The notes under the pieces are model-generated. The model worked only from the letters and a program-made list of their open reading frames with translations. It made no database searches and had not been told where the DNA came from. From the IMG/VR virus record IMGVR_UViG_3300032770_000001, positions 124,001-188,000 of that record: 64,000 nucleotides of DNA; one strand, 5' to 3'. Positions 23,642 through 34,411 of this stretch are shown here, in pieces. The position numbers were made by a program, and so were the translations under genes. The stretch's first letter is position 1, and each line of letters starts with the position of its first letter.

Positions 23642-26239
23642 ATGGCAGAGAAACCACTTCCAAAGCGTGAGCGGGGCACCCACACCAAAATCGGTAGCAC
23701 GGCAATTAAGCGTCCGGTTTCCAAGGGACCGGACGGTAAGGAATACGCCTCGGCTGGACGCTACACCCACATGAACAAAAAGGGTGAGGTCGTGGAAGAC
23801 TCGATCTCGGCGCAGCTTCGCGCCATCAAAGCTCAGGCTCAGTCCGGTGTAGTGAGTAACAACCCGAACGCCGGATGGGGCATGTACGAGGCAGCTAAGA
23901 TCGCTGCCGGATTGTTCAACGACGGCGGACTGGGCACCGCCGACATCGCCGATTCCAATAACATCGGCTACTACAGCTATGAATTCCCGGTTGACGCTCT
24001 CGAACTCCCGGCGTCCCGTGCAGAAGAACTCCGTTTCTACCGTCTGGCATACGACCGCGATCCAATCGTTGGTCGCGCTATCGACTTGCACACGGAACTC
24101 CCGGTCAGCAAGATGACCATGGAGAAGCCGAAGTCTTCCTCTGAAGAGTACGCCGACTACGTGTTCGACGACTTCCAACGCATGGTCAATCGTACCCGCC
24201 TGTTCCAAGTCATCATCGATGCTGCCCGTGAATACTGGTGCATCGGCGAGACTTTCATGTTCATTGAAGACCCCGAAGAGATTGAGCCGTGCAAGGAAGC
24301 CGCCAAGACCCTCGATAAGGAAGGTAAGGGCGGCGGTAGCGGCACTGAGCAGGGCATGGAATCAGCGTGGCATCCGCCGATGGGCGGCTCAGCCGACTCG
24401 ATTCTGGACTACCTCCAGCCCGAAAAGCGTTCCTCATGGATCAAGAAACGTGCCTCCGTGCTGGATGAAATCAAGAAGGCGGGTATCGCTTTTGATTTCT
24501 ACGAAAATCCGGATGCGGTCGATTCTCGCATTAAGGAAAAGCGTGCTGATCTCAACAAGCTGACCCGGAAGCTCGCTAAGGAAGTGGGTGTTCCAGCGAA
24601 GACTCTTGCCAAGCTCATTATCGACGCCGACAGCGGCGACAAGAAGACCGCGAAAGCGGCAAAGATCAAGATGGCAAAGCTCATCGGTCGCACATTAGGT
24701 GACGATGAGCATCCGCTTCAAGTTACGGCGGATATGACCAAGGTTGCGCAACCTCCTGCCGCTCCTCCTGCGGAGCCTGCGGCTGGTGGTGCGGGTGCCG
24801 GGGCTCCTCCGGGGGCTGATGTCCCTGTGGATGCTCCCGGTGCTGAGGGTGGTGAAGGTGCTCCTCTCGGTGAGGGCGGTTTGGGCGACATCGAGGGTAT
24901 GGGCGGTGGTGGGGCTCCTCCGATGGGTGGAGGCGGGGGCGGTGGTCCGATTGGTACGCCCGGTGGGGCGGTGCCGGATGTCAAGGGCGCTATAGCCATG
25001 GGTGCGACCATCAGTGCTCAGCGTGAGTTGATGGAACTCAAGCACCTGTTGAAACTCCTCGAAAAGCAGAAAGAACTGCTCAAGGAATTGAAAGAGACTC
25101 GTGAAGAGAAGCGCGAGGAGATGGAGTTGTTCTCGCACATTACGAACAAGGACTACGAGGGTCCGGATCGTGTGCAGATTCTTCCGCCTGAACAGATTGA
25201 GATCACCAACGAAGGCACGCTCACTGACGGCCCGACGATCTATTACAAACCGCCTGAGGCACAGAAACAGGCGTACCTCGAAGACCCTGAAGTTCCGAAT
25301 CAGGTCAAGGACGTGATTCAGAGCGAGGGCAAGATTCCGCTCAACCAAGACCCGTTCTCCGGTTCTTACGTGATTCACTTTGCGCGTAAGAAGTCCGGCT
25401 ACGAACTGCATGGTCGCTCGATCCTGCAACGCTGTATTCGCACGATCATCTACCGTGAAAAGCTCCGTCAGGTGCAGTCCACGTTGGCGTCTCGCAACAT
25501 GACGCCGAAGCGTTTGATCGTGGCTCCTGACATTCCGGCATCCGAAGTCATGGCTCTCCGTGCACACATCGACGAAGCCATCGCCGATCCGGACTACTCA
25601 GTGGTTGTCAATTATGAGTGCCGCTGGGAAGAAATTGGTTCGGAAGGCCGTCTGCTCACGCTTGACGCCGAATGGAACCACACCAACTCGGACTTGGCAA
25701 TCGGTCTCGGTCTGTCGCCGGAAATTCTGATCGGCGAAGGCATGTACTCCGGCAACCGCATTCAGTTGGAAATCATGAACGTGTCGTACCTCCAGTTCCG
25801 CGACCTTCTCACGTATGTGATTGAAGAACAAATCTTCAAGCCCTACGCCATGAAGAAGGGCTTCTACGAAATGGACAAGTACGGTCGCCCACGTTGGATT
25901 TACCCGAAGGTCACGTTCAGCCGCATGGCTCTCCGCGACTCCGGTGACCTGTACGACATGCTCTTCAATTTGTACTCGAAGGGCTCGCTGCCAGTCGAAG
26001 TTATTTACGAGTTCCTGAACCTCGATCCTGAGGATTGCGAACGTAAGCTGGAAGAGTCGCTGTTCACCGTTAAGGACGCGAAGTTCAGTCAGTTGCTCGA
26101 CAACATCTACAACTCGATGGGCGAGTGGCTCATGGCGAACACCGATCTGGGTAAGCGCATCACCGAGGGTCTGCAACTGAACGAGGTTGACGCCGATCTG
26201 CAAGACGAAGGACCTGAGGGTTCAGGCGAAGGTATGTAA
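23642..26239 (+). CDS. Portal protein with a large low-complexity insert
   Basis: DPIVGRAIDLH..., HFARK...HGRSILQRC, LAIGLGLSPEIL: the pattern of large-phage portal proteins. Confidence 0.75.
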   Translation: MAEKPLPKRERGTHTKIGSTAIKRPVSKGPDGKEYASAGRYTHMNKKGEVVEDSISAQLRAIKAQAQSGVVSNNPNAGWGMYEAAKIAAGLFNDGGLGTADIADSNNIGYYSYEFPVDALELPASRAEELRFYRLAYDRDPIVGRAIDLHTELPVSKMTMEKPKSSSEEYADYVFDDFQRMVNRTRLFQVIIDAAREYWCIGETFMFIEDPEEIEPCKEAAKTLDKEGKGGGSGTEQGMESAWHPPMGGSADSILDYLQPEKRSSWIKKRASVLDEIKKAGIAFDFYENPDAVDSRIKEKRADLNKLTRKLAKEVGVPAKTLAKLIIDADSGDKKTAKAAKIKMAKLIGRTLGDDEHPLQVTADMTKVAQPPAAPPAEPAAGGAGAGAPPGADVPVDAPGAEGGEGAPLGEGGLGDIEGMGGGGAPPMGGGGGGGPIGTPGGAVPDVKGAIAMGATISAQRELMELKHLLKLLEKQKELLKELKETREEKREEMELFSHITNKDYEGPDRVQILPPEQIEITNEGTLTDGPTIYYKPPEAQKQAYLEDPEVPNQVKDVIQSEGKIPLNQDPFSGSYVIHFARKKSGYELHGRSILQRCIRTIIYREKLRQVQSTLASRNMTPKRLIVAPDIPASEVMALRAHIDEAIADPDYSVVVNYECRWEEIGSEGRLLTLDAEWNHTNSDLAIGLGLSPEILIGEGMYSGNRIQLEIMNVSYLQFRDLLTYVIEEQIFKPYAMKKGFYEMDKYGRPRWIYPKVTFSRMALRDSGDLYDMLFNLYSKGSLPVEVIYEFLNLDPEDCERKLEESLFTVKDAKFSQLLDNIYNSMGEWLMANTDLGKRITEGLQLNEVDADLQDEGPEGSGEGM

Positions 26240-26278
26240 TCTGCCTTTCCCACGCCTTTAGTAGGGGATAGCTGCCTC

Positions 26279-29200
26279 GTGATTACAACACTCGACACCC
26301 AGTCATGGTCTAAAGAACTCGTTACCGGAAATGCCCAATTTATTGAGATTTCCGGCATCCTGTACGTGGTGTCTAACGTCCGGGCTGACAACACTTTTGC
26401 CATCCTGCAATCGACTCCGGCTCCCCCGGCTCCCGGCCCCGGCGCTCAATTCACTCCGGTCGCTCCGGTCGCTCAGTATACTTTCCCAGTACCGAACACC
26501 AGCTTCGATCCGGTTGTAGCCTATGACTCGGTTACGGCTGGCGGTCCGTATTTGCACATTATCGGGACGCAGAACAACCCGGACAACCCGCAGTTGAATG
26601 ATCTCGTCAAGTTCACCTTCAACATCAACACACCGAACACCTTGACTCCGGTGATACTGACTTCGGCGTCTTCGATCCGCAATGGATACGACATCATCAC
26701 GCTGGCAAATGGTCATCGTGTTGTCGCTGTAACTACTGTCGATGCCACAATGCAGGGGGCTGAGGTTCCGCCCCTCTTCCAAGCCACGATCACCGCGACT
26801 TCGCTCGCCGGAGCCCCGACGCAACCAGTCCTGACGGTAACGGCGAACAACACGTTCTCACAGGGCCAGCTTGTCAAGCTGAACGGTTTGACCACATCGA
26901 CTTTCTTGAACGGGCAGATCGTGCAAGTGCTCGCCGCGACCAGTACGCAATTCACAGCGATATTCAATGGCTCGAACTATGGAACCACTGGTGATACAGG
27001 TACGGCTACCCCGGTGTATTCCGGCGAAAACCTGCTGGTGTTCGAACTGGACACTTCCGACAATTACATCGCGAACACGCTTCAGATTCTTGCGTCTTCT
27101 CCGGCTCGTTCAGGGAATACGTTTAGCTCGGTTTCGCTCGTCACCCCAATCGATACGGTCAACAACTTCGGCAATGGTCTGAACGTAGAGGTCTATTGGG
27201 AAGCGCATCCCAAAGTCTTCAATTTCACCGATCAACTCTTCACGATAAACGTCGCCAATCGCCAACTCGTGGCTGAGATCACACAGGTTGCGATCACCAC
27301 CAATGTTCTGACGGTCACGGCAAACAACAATTTTCAACCGACGCAGCAGGTGCTTCTCAACGGTTTGACCACCGCCACATTCCTGAATGGTCAAACGGTC
27401 ACCATCACTTCAAATATCAGTGGCACCGCGTTTACGGCGAACTTTACTCATGCCGACTATACGCAGGCGCTCGATACGGGTACTGCTACGCTCACATCCG
27501 GCATTCCGGACTGGGATGTCAACCCCACACCCCTGTTTACGTTCACCGGGCGATACACCGATGACCGTTTGACGGTGACGCCGGACAGCTTTGGCAATCG
27601 CTATTTGAGTCAGACCTACTGGACACAAACCAACCACCCCGAAGGTATCACTGGGAACGTAGTTCTCGGAACACTTCAAGCTGGCGGTTCATGGTTCTTC
27701 CACCCAATTTTGGGTAGTCCAACTGGCGGGTCTATCATCCAAGCGTCCTTGTCAGTCGCACAGAACGGCGATGTCAACATGGCATACTTGCTTCAGCCGT
27801 TCGATCAGATACTTCCGTTGCCGCCGCAAGGCACGCTGCCGTCGTATCCGCTGCATGTGGCTACGATCAATCCGACGACGCTACAGAACACGGATGTTCC
27901 GGGCTTCTACAATCAGCAGCTTTTCACGTGGCTTCGTTCGGCAAAGGGCGCTATCGACAATACGTCACTTTGGGCGATTGTGGGTGAGCGTTCACAGATC
28001 ACGACGGTGCCATCCGAGATTTACACGATTCCGGCGAGCGGCATCGTTCAGGTCGTAAACCACTCTCAATACTGGGAGAATGTCAGCGTCACTTATACGG
28101 CGAACAACGTGGTTTTGACTGAAGTTGAAAGTGATCCAGCACAGACGCAATATCAGGTTGAGCCGAGTGAAGGTAACTACGTTTTCAGCCTGTCGGATGC
28201 AGGCAATCAGATTGAGATCAGCTACAGCTACGTTAGTTCGATTCTGCCTGTTTATGAGTCGCTGTTCAACGTGCCTCCGATTGCTCAGATGAACCCCCCG
28301 CCCCCAAGTCCGGCAATCGTGTATCGTGGGCAGCCGCTTACAATTTCAGCAGCACAGACTTCAGATGCGGACAGCGATCCGATCAAGTTCGTGTGGACAG
28401 AGAACTTCCCGATCCCTTCGCCTCTGGAGTGGAGTTCGGTCACGATTTACGGCATCGGTGATATCGTCGATTATTTCGGCGTGAACTACATTAGCCAGAT
28501 CGCCGACAATCAGAACAACAACCCGGCGAACCTCGGCACATCTCTTTGGCTCCCGCTCAACACTGCGAGTCTCGTGAGCGTTATTCCGTCTCAGACAGGG
28601 GTGACGGCAAGTCTATTCATTGAACCGGGCATCGGCGGTAAAGCAACGACATTTGCTGTTGGTTTGGCGGCTATCGATCTATTCCCTGACAACGTGACGC
28701 CGCGCCATCCGGCCCTTAACGTGACTTCAATTCAAATCACGGGTTCGACCGTCACTTTTACGGTCAATAATACCCCCGCTGGGCTCCCAGTTCTGCCGCT
28801 GATTGCGAGCGAGCAGTTGATGTCGTATTCGATTGTTCTGTCTCCTCCGGCGACTCCGACTCTCGGTACTTATTCTTCAATTGGAGCATCGGCTGCGACC
28901 TACTTCTTCATCGTTACCTACCTCAATTCGGTGGGTGAGACAATCGGCAGTGGTGAAGCAACAATTACCACGCTCGTGGATCAACTACCGCAGGTGACAT
29001 CCCCAGTAGCCAACGGCGATGCGGTCGCTTACAACGTGTATGCTTCAGGCGTCTCCGGTTTTGAAGTATTGCAGACGCCAACACCCATTCCTTTGGGCAC
29101 GCCGTGGCAGTTCCCCGCCTCCGGGTATCTGTCAGGCGCAGTTCTTCCCACGGCTAGCACGGCAGCAGAAACATTTTTGAACGAGCAGGTACTTTTGGTG

Positions 29201-31450
29201 CTGGCTTCGCCGCCCCCGACGCCAACTACATTTTCGGCAAATGTCACCACGGTTCCGGCTGGGTATACGTCCTCTCCTGTTGCAGTCACGGGATATGCGA
29301 TCCCACAGTTCCAGTACGCTTTGCTGCCAATTCAAGTGCCGTTTAACAACCCGCCGACAACTACATTCCCCACCCCGGTCTGGCTCGGATCGTTCGCCCT
29401 GACTGATGTTGCTGCTGCGAGCGGTGGAACAACTGTTTATACAGGCACGATCACAGGCGGGGGAGCTAATGCTTACGCCGGGTATATCTTCACCGTTGAA
29501 GACTTTACCAACAGCCTGAACAATGGCATTTTTACGTGCGTGGCTTCGACTACCACAACTCTGACCTTGAACAACGTGTTTGGTCAGGCACAGACTTTGC
29601 AAACAGCCACAGCGACCAGCAATACGTTGGTGACCCCTGCTCCGCGTAACTCCGAGATCACTATCACGCCGGGGACGATTACGCAGCCAACCGTGCAGTA
29701 CCCGGTGCAATACAGTGGCATCACCGATCAGGACGATGTTGTTTCTTACACGTGGGCTCAACTTTCCGGTACGCCCGTGACGATCCCCCACAATATCGTC
29801 GATCAGCCATCGTTGACGTTCTTCACCAATGGAGCAAACATCCTCGGCGAGACCCTAGTCTTCCAGATCATAGTCAATGACGGTGTCAACCCGCCTGAGG
29901 TAACCCTGTGCTACATTCCGGTCGCGGCATACGTTCCAAGCAATCCGGATACGCTTCAGATTTCTCGTTCTATCTACAGCGGAAACATCTCACAGCGTAA
30001 CCAGACAGGGACTTGGGGCACGCTCGACATTTCCGGGCTATACAACAATCTGAGAACCGTGAAGCGGAACTCGGTCAATGACGGTACAGACCGCTACATC
30101 GCAATCTCTTCAGCTTCGGTGCTGGTGTACGGCGGTATCAATCCAACTTTGGTGCTGTTGCGCAAGCTGTTCACGCCGAACAACAGTCCGATAATGGACG
30201 CAGTTCACACTGAAGACGATTACACACTAGTGATCGATAATCAGGGTAATCTATTCCGTTACTCCACGGCTCCGATCATCAACACGGACAACCCGGATAC
30301 TACCATCGTCCTGAGCCGCTATACGACGTTTGCATTCAACAAGATTTTCTCCACCTTCAGTTACGCCAACCAGCGCATCATCTTGCTTGGTGGGCCGAAC
30401 GGTCTGATGTTGATGCAGGTGACAAGTGACACCCTTCAGGTCGTTAGCACCTATCTCATCAGCGTCGAAGACAACCTGCTTTACGGTGCAGATAACGTAC
30501 AGTTCTTCCGCACGGCAGGCGTGGAAAACTTGCGCACGGGGCAGGTTTTGATCGGATCGGTATTGAACGCCAATGCCAGAGTTACGGCTGTTCGCATTCT
30601 AAACAACGCCTTGTTCGTGAACTGCCAGAACAATTTCCGTGTCGGCGATGAGGTCACCCTAACGGGACTGACTGGCGCTACTTTCCTCAACAACAGAACG
30701 TTCGAAGTCATTGCCTCCACGTCCACAAGTTTCGAAGCATCCATTCAGCACATCGATTATGGGGCTGGATTGGCACTCACGCAGGTCGCTTCCGCCGTCG
30801 GTCCGTCGGCAGTGTACACGGGAACGATTACTGGCGGCACTGGAAACGCCTATGCTGGTTATGTTGCAACCGTGGCTGGCTTTACCAACCCACAGAACAA
30901 CGGCACATTCCCGGTTACGGCTTCCAGCAGTACAACCCTGACTTTGACGAACGCGGCAGCCGTAGCTGAAACTGCCACGGCGACTGTTGCCTTAAGCATT
31001 ATGGACACGGGCAACGCGGTAGCCAGCAACGACGGCAGCACCTACGAAACCCTGATTGATCTGGCTCACGGGCAGATCATTGGCACGTGGGATGCCTCCA
31101 AACTCATCAACCAGTTCGTGAACACGGGTGAAATCTTGTTTGAGCCGAACAGTGCATATTCTGGGGCTCCAATCGCTCCTGTTCAAAACGCTCCGTCCTC
31201 GGTGGTCACGCCCAACGGCACCATCGTTACGATCAGTTGGACACAGTTCCGCCCCGATCTGGCAACGGGGTACGTGGTTCTTTATTCAATTGATGGTGTT
31301 ACCTACCAACCGCTCCAGACGGTCGGGTCCGGTCAAATCCAGAGCATCAGCGTACAGCTTGCTGGCGGTCAGACTTATGACTTCCAGATTCAGGCTACCT
31401 CACTGGATGGACTCTCGCCGCTGTCGAATGTGCGAAGTATTTCGATCTAA
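26279..31450 (+). CDS. 1723-aa virion structural protein (T/S-rich, repeated beta modules, PKD-like and C-terminal FN3-like domains)
   Basis: Three TxNNxF...GLTxxTFLN repeats; two YTGTITGGxxNAYAGY repeats; WAQLSG...FQIIVNDG; FN3-like end. Confidence 0.75.
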   Translation: MITTLDTQSWSKELVTGNAQFIEISGILYVVSNVRADNTFAILQSTPAPPAPGPGAQFTPVAPVAQYTFPVPNTSFDPVVAYDSVTAGGPYLHIIGTQNNPDNPQLNDLVKFTFNINTPNTLTPVILTSASSIRNGYDIITLANGHRVVAVTTVDATMQGAEVPPLFQATITATSLAGAPTQPVLTVTANNTFSQGQLVKLNGLTTSTFLNGQIVQVLAATSTQFTAIFNGSNYGTTGDTGTATPVYSGENLLVFELDTSDNYIANTLQILASSPARSGNTFSSVSLVTPIDTVNNFGNGLNVEVYWEAHPKVFNFTDQLFTINVANRQLVAEITQVAITTNVLTVTANNNFQPTQQVLLNGLTTATFLNGQTVTITSNISGTAFTANFTHADYTQALDTGTATLTSGIPDWDVNPTPLFTFTGRYTDDRLTVTPDSFGNRYLSQTYWTQTNHPEGITGNVVLGTLQAGGSWFFHPILGSPTGGSIIQASLSVAQNGDVNMAYLLQPFDQILPLPPQGTLPSYPLHVATINPTTLQNTDVPGFYNQQLFTWLRSAKGAIDNTSLWAIVGERSQITTVPSEIYTIPASGIVQVVNHSQYWENVSVTYTANNVVLTEVESDPAQTQYQVEPSEGNYVFSLSDAGNQIEISYSYVSSILPVYESLFNVPPIAQMNPPPPSPAIVYRGQPLTISAAQTSDADSDPIKFVWTENFPIPSPLEWSSVTIYGIGDIVDYFGVNYISQIADNQNNNPANLGTSLWLPLNTASLVSVIPSQTGVTASLFIEPGIGGKATTFAVGLAAIDLFPDNVTPRHPALNVTSIQITGSTVTFTVNNTPAGLPVLPLIASEQLMSYSIVLSPPATPTLGTYSSIGASAATYFFIVTYLNSVGETIGSGEATITTLVDQLPQVTSPVANGDAVAYNVYASGVSGFEVLQTPTPIPLGTPWQFPASGYLSGAVLPTASTAAETFLNEQVLLVLASPPPTPTTFSANVTTVPAGYTSSPVAVTGYAIPQFQYALLPIQVPFNNPPTTTFPTPVWLGSFALTDVAAASGGTTVYTGTITGGGANAYAGYIFTVEDFTNSLNNGIFTCVASTTTTLTLNNVFGQAQTLQTATATSNTLVTPAPRNSEITITPGTITQPTVQYPVQYSGITDQDDVVSYTWAQLSGTPVTIPHNIVDQPSLTFFTNGANILGETLVFQIIVNDGVNPPEVTLCYIPVAAYVPSNPDTLQISRSIYSGNISQRNQTGTWGTLDISGLYNNLRTVKRNSVNDGTDRYIAISSASVLVYGGINPTLVLLRKLFTPNNSPIMDAVHTEDDYTLVIDNQGNLFRYSTAPIINTDNPDTTIVLSRYTTFAFNKIFSTFSYANQRIILLGGPNGLMLMQVTSDTLQVVSTYLISVEDNLLYGADNVQFFRTAGVENLRTGQVLIGSVLNANARVTAVRILNNALFVNCQNNFRVGDEVTLTGLTGATFLNNRTFEVIASTSTSFEASIQHIDYGAGLALTQVASAVGPSAVYTGTITGGTGNAYAGYVATVAGFTNPQNNGTFPVTASSSTTLTLTNAAAVAETATATVALSIMDTGNAVASNDGSTYETLIDLAHGQIIGTWDASKLINQFVNTGEILFEPNSAYSGAPIAPVQNAPSSVVTPNGTIVTISWTQFRPDLATGYVVLYSIDGVTYQPLQTVGSGQIQSISVQLAGGQTYDFQIQATSLDGLSPLSNVRSISI

Positions 31451-31477
31451 ATTCGAGTATTTATATTCAGGTGACCT

Positions 31478-32548
31478 ATGGATGGAATGGCTTCCGCATT
31501 ATCTCAGCAAACTGGCGTCGGCGCTGTAATCATCAACAACACAACTGATCTCAGCCGTGCTCTGAAGTTCATTCAGGACGCTCTACCGAACGGGGCGGCA
31601 TACATCATCGTCCAGTTCGTGGATAAACAACTGACTTTCTACCGTTCCGGCAATGAGGGTTACGTGATGTCCAGAGAGTTCGGTATGCACCAGAATCTCG
31701 ACATCGAAACCTGTGTCTCCCTTGCACATTTCAAGGATTGTCTCGAAGCGATGACCGGACGGGTCGATGTTAGCTTGGACGACAAGGGCATCCTCACGCT
31801 AGTGACCTACACCCAGTCGGCTAGCGCCTCTACTACATCTTTGGTGCACACCAAGCCGTTGTCCTCGACCGGGTTGACGCAACACAAGACCGGGCTTCCC
31901 AAGATCAAGTTCAGCCCGTTGCTTTTCCGTAACCTTGACGTGAAAGACATCAAGAACGATTTCAAAATCGCGATCAAGGACAATCGAGTCCTACTGTCGC
32001 CCAATTCCGGAGAGATTCTATGGACGCCGCAGTTCCCCATTGATACCAACATTGCTCCGACTGCCAAGTTTTTGCGCATGGTCGCCTCTAACGAGAAGGT
32101 CAGTGAGCTTTTCCTGACGGAGCGTGACTATTGGGGTGCGGCCATCGGCGACTTTGTGGTCTACATCAAAGGCGTGCCGGACTATCGAAATTCTTTTGCC
32201 AATGCCAACGGTCCGTCTAAGGAAATCTGTCAGTTTACCTCCGAAGCTCTGATGTCCGGGCTCCGTATGGCGAACCTGCGAGCCGGAGACACCGATCTTG
32301 TGGATTTCGACCCCAAGGTTGGAATTGTCTTCCGTGACGCGCAATCAGAAACCCGCACGATTTGTACGCTGGATGCTGTGGAGTTCCCCAAGTTCCGTAT
32401 CAAGGGGGTACAGACAGCTTTGCTGTACAACATGCTCCGACAGACGGAAGACGAGTTGATTGTCCTTTCCGAGATCGAGACGGCAGTTTTGCCGACCTAT
32501 CGTTTCACACGCGGAAATATCGCGGTAAACGTCAAGCTGAGCTACTAA
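31478..32548 (+). CDS. Possible sliding-clamp-like protein
   Basis: 356 aa (close to beta-clamp size), alternating alpha/beta pattern, DnaX present in the window; no decisive motif. Confidence 0.4.
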   Translation: MDGMASALSQQTGVGAVIINNTTDLSRALKFIQDALPNGAAYIIVQFVDKQLTFYRSGNEGYVMSREFGMHQNLDIETCVSLAHFKDCLEAMTGRVDVSLDDKGILTLVTYTQSASASTTSLVHTKPLSSTGLTQHKTGLPKIKFSPLLFRNLDVKDIKNDFKIAIKDNRVLLSPNSGEILWTPQFPIDTNIAPTAKFLRMVASNEKVSELFLTERDYWGAAIGDFVVYIKGVPDYRNSFANANGPSKEICQFTSEALMSGLRMANLRAGDTDLVDFDPKVGIVFRDAQSETRTICTLDAVEFPKFRIKGVQTALLYNMLRQTEDELIVLSEIETAVLPTYRFTRGNIAVNVKLSY

Positions 32549-32577
32549 AAGCCAGTATCTATTGAGAGAGGTCTTTT

Positions 32578-32922
32578 ATGAGCGAAGAAGTAGAGAACAT
32601 GGATTATGAATTGGAAGGCGACGACGAGATCACTTTCGACGATGCCCCTCCGCAAGTGAAGCCATCCCTGTCTCCGGCCCCAAAGCCGAAGGCGGTCAAA
32701 GTGGCAGCACCAAAACCAAAGAAAGCGAGAAAACCCAAAGTGGCAACCAAACCCGCAACTGCAAAGGTCACGAAAAAGCACCGCGTCGAGACGATTGACA
32801 ACAACAAGCTCGCCGGGTATCTGGACAACCTCACGAACAACGAAGGTTACGAACTGATCTCCGTGTCCGGGTCGTCCAGCATCATGGGCGCATTCACCGT
32901 CGTTTCTGTAAAGAACAGCTAA
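32578..32922 (+). CDS. Hypothetical protein with a P/K/A-rich linker
   Basis: GAGG RBS; 114 aa. Confidence 0.7.
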   Translation: MSEEVENMDYELEGDDEITFDDAPPQVKPSLSPAPKPKAVKVAAPKPKKARKPKVATKPATAKVTKKHRVETIDNNKLAGYLDNLTNNEGYELISVSGSSSIMGAFTVVSVKNS

Positions 32923-33102
32923 CGAAGGGACTGCGATGAAAAAGTCGCTGCAAGAAGCGTGCGAAAAATCGTACCGGGATTACTACGCCCCGTATTCGCT
33001 CGACGACAACGGCAATCGCGTAGAACCGTCGCTTCACGCCTGTGAATATGGTTCATGGGAGGCAGCGTTCGAGGCTGGGGTCAAAGCAGCTTCCAAAAAG
33101 TA

Positions 33103-33801
33103 ATGGATGCAGCACTCGTAGCACGCATCGGCTCCGTCCGCTCCGGTGTGAATCGAATCGGACAGCAGCTTGCATACGAGACCTCGACCATTACTCGGCT
33201 CAATACCCGTATCACAGAACTGGAAGAGGAAAAGGCCCAGCTTGTTAAAGCAACCGGGCTGATTGATCGTTGTATCCAGATCATATCCGCCAACGGCATT
33301 GGCAAGATCGAAAGTATTGTGTCGGATGGACTCCGGCGTGTGTTTGACGATCCTACCCTCAGTCTGGTGATAGACAAGAAGTCACAGGCTCGCGGTAACG
33401 TTTATCGTCTCTTGGTCAAACAGGGCGACGGCGAACCGTATGACCCGATGCTGTCGTTTGGCGGCGGCGTGGTTAATGTGGTCGCGTTTCTGCTTCGGCT
33501 GATTCTCATCAAACGGTTCAAGCTCGCTAAACTGATTGTACTCGACGAACAGTTCAACGGCGTTTCCGCAGATCGTCAACCCGCAGTTTCGGCCCTTCTT
33601 CGCACGTTGACGGATAAGTACGGATACACTATTCTAGCTGTTACGCACCAGCCGATCTTAGCCGACGCTGCCGACAATGTTTATCAAGTGCTGGTTCGGA
33701 CGCCGCAGCCGCCGCTCCTCAAAAAGGTTGAGGGGACAGATTTGGACATGTTGAAGGTGATGCTCCGTGAGCGATCCGCTGCTGAAGAAAATCAAGCTTA
33801 A
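33103..33801 (+). CDS. Rad50/SbcC/gp46-like ABC-ATPase, C-terminal half only
   Basis: Coiled coil, SFGGG signature, LIVLDEQF Walker B, VTHQ; no Walker A. Confidence 0.85.
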   Translation: MDAALVARIGSVRSGVNRIGQQLAYETSTITRLNTRITELEEEKAQLVKATGLIDRCIQIISANGIGKIESIVSDGLRRVFDDPTLSLVIDKKSQARGNVYRLLVKQGDGEPYDPMLSFGGGVVNVVAFLLRLILIKRFKLAKLIVLDEQFNGVSADRQPAVSALLRTLTDKYGYTILAVTHQPILADAADNVYQVLVRTPQPPLLKKVEGTDLDMLKVMLRERSAAEENQA

Positions 33802-34408
33802 GTCTCCCGAAGAGATCATTGAACGGGCACGCGATATCATCTCTCGGCACCGCCGCCGCTTCCTGCAACGCAACTCCCGTCCCTGCCCGGTTAACTGTAA
33901 AATGGCCGAGATGATGGGTCGAAAGATCATCGGCTGTACGGGTTGTGGTTCTCACGATCCGAATCAATGCCTGAAAGCCGACCAATTTAGTCCCCTTTAC
34001 ACCAAAGAAGAGCTTTTCAAACAATTTGCAGCCCAACTCCGTGATCCGGGCGTCCTTCTCAGGGAGTACCGGGACGTGGTAGTATTTTTGTGGGTAATGG
34101 GGGCTTTCGAAGAAGAGTCGCAGGTGGATGAAACCATCGTACCCCTCGTGGAGAAAAAGCATGTACAAACCGGAGTTCGACCCGAATTGTCCACCAGCGG
34201 CACAACTGGCGGTCATGAAGTTGAAGAACGAAATTATAACGTGGCGAGTCCTAGCGATCTTGCTGCTTCTCGCCGTCGTGTGTCTGATGGCTCTTCAGGT
34301 GATTCAGGACAGAACTATAACCGGACAGAGAGCCCTGATACGTCTTCAACAGCAGGACAGCGCCGACCTTGGGGCGTGCAAGGTCGCTCTCGCTCAGCAG
34401 CAAAATAA
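33767..34408 (+). CDS. Cys-cluster hypothetical protein
   Basis: 213 aa; CPVNC...CTGC. Confidence 0.6.
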   Translation: MSDPLLKKIKLKSPEEIIERARDIISRHRRRFLQRNSRPCPVNCKMAEMMGRKIIGCTGCGSHDPNQCLKADQFSPLYTKEELFKQFAAQLRDPGVLLREYRDVVVFLWVMGAFEEESQVDETIVPLVEKKHVQTGVRPELSTSGTTGGHEVEERNYNVASPSDLAASRRRVSDGSSGDSGQNYNRTESPDTSSTAGQRRPWGVQGRSRSAAK

Positions 34409-34411
34409 GAA

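Noticed and set aside
26279-31450. DGR target or CRISPR-like repeats
   Set aside because: The repeats are degenerate protein-domain repeats; there is no reverse transcriptase, adenine-specific TR/VR pair or spacer array in the window.
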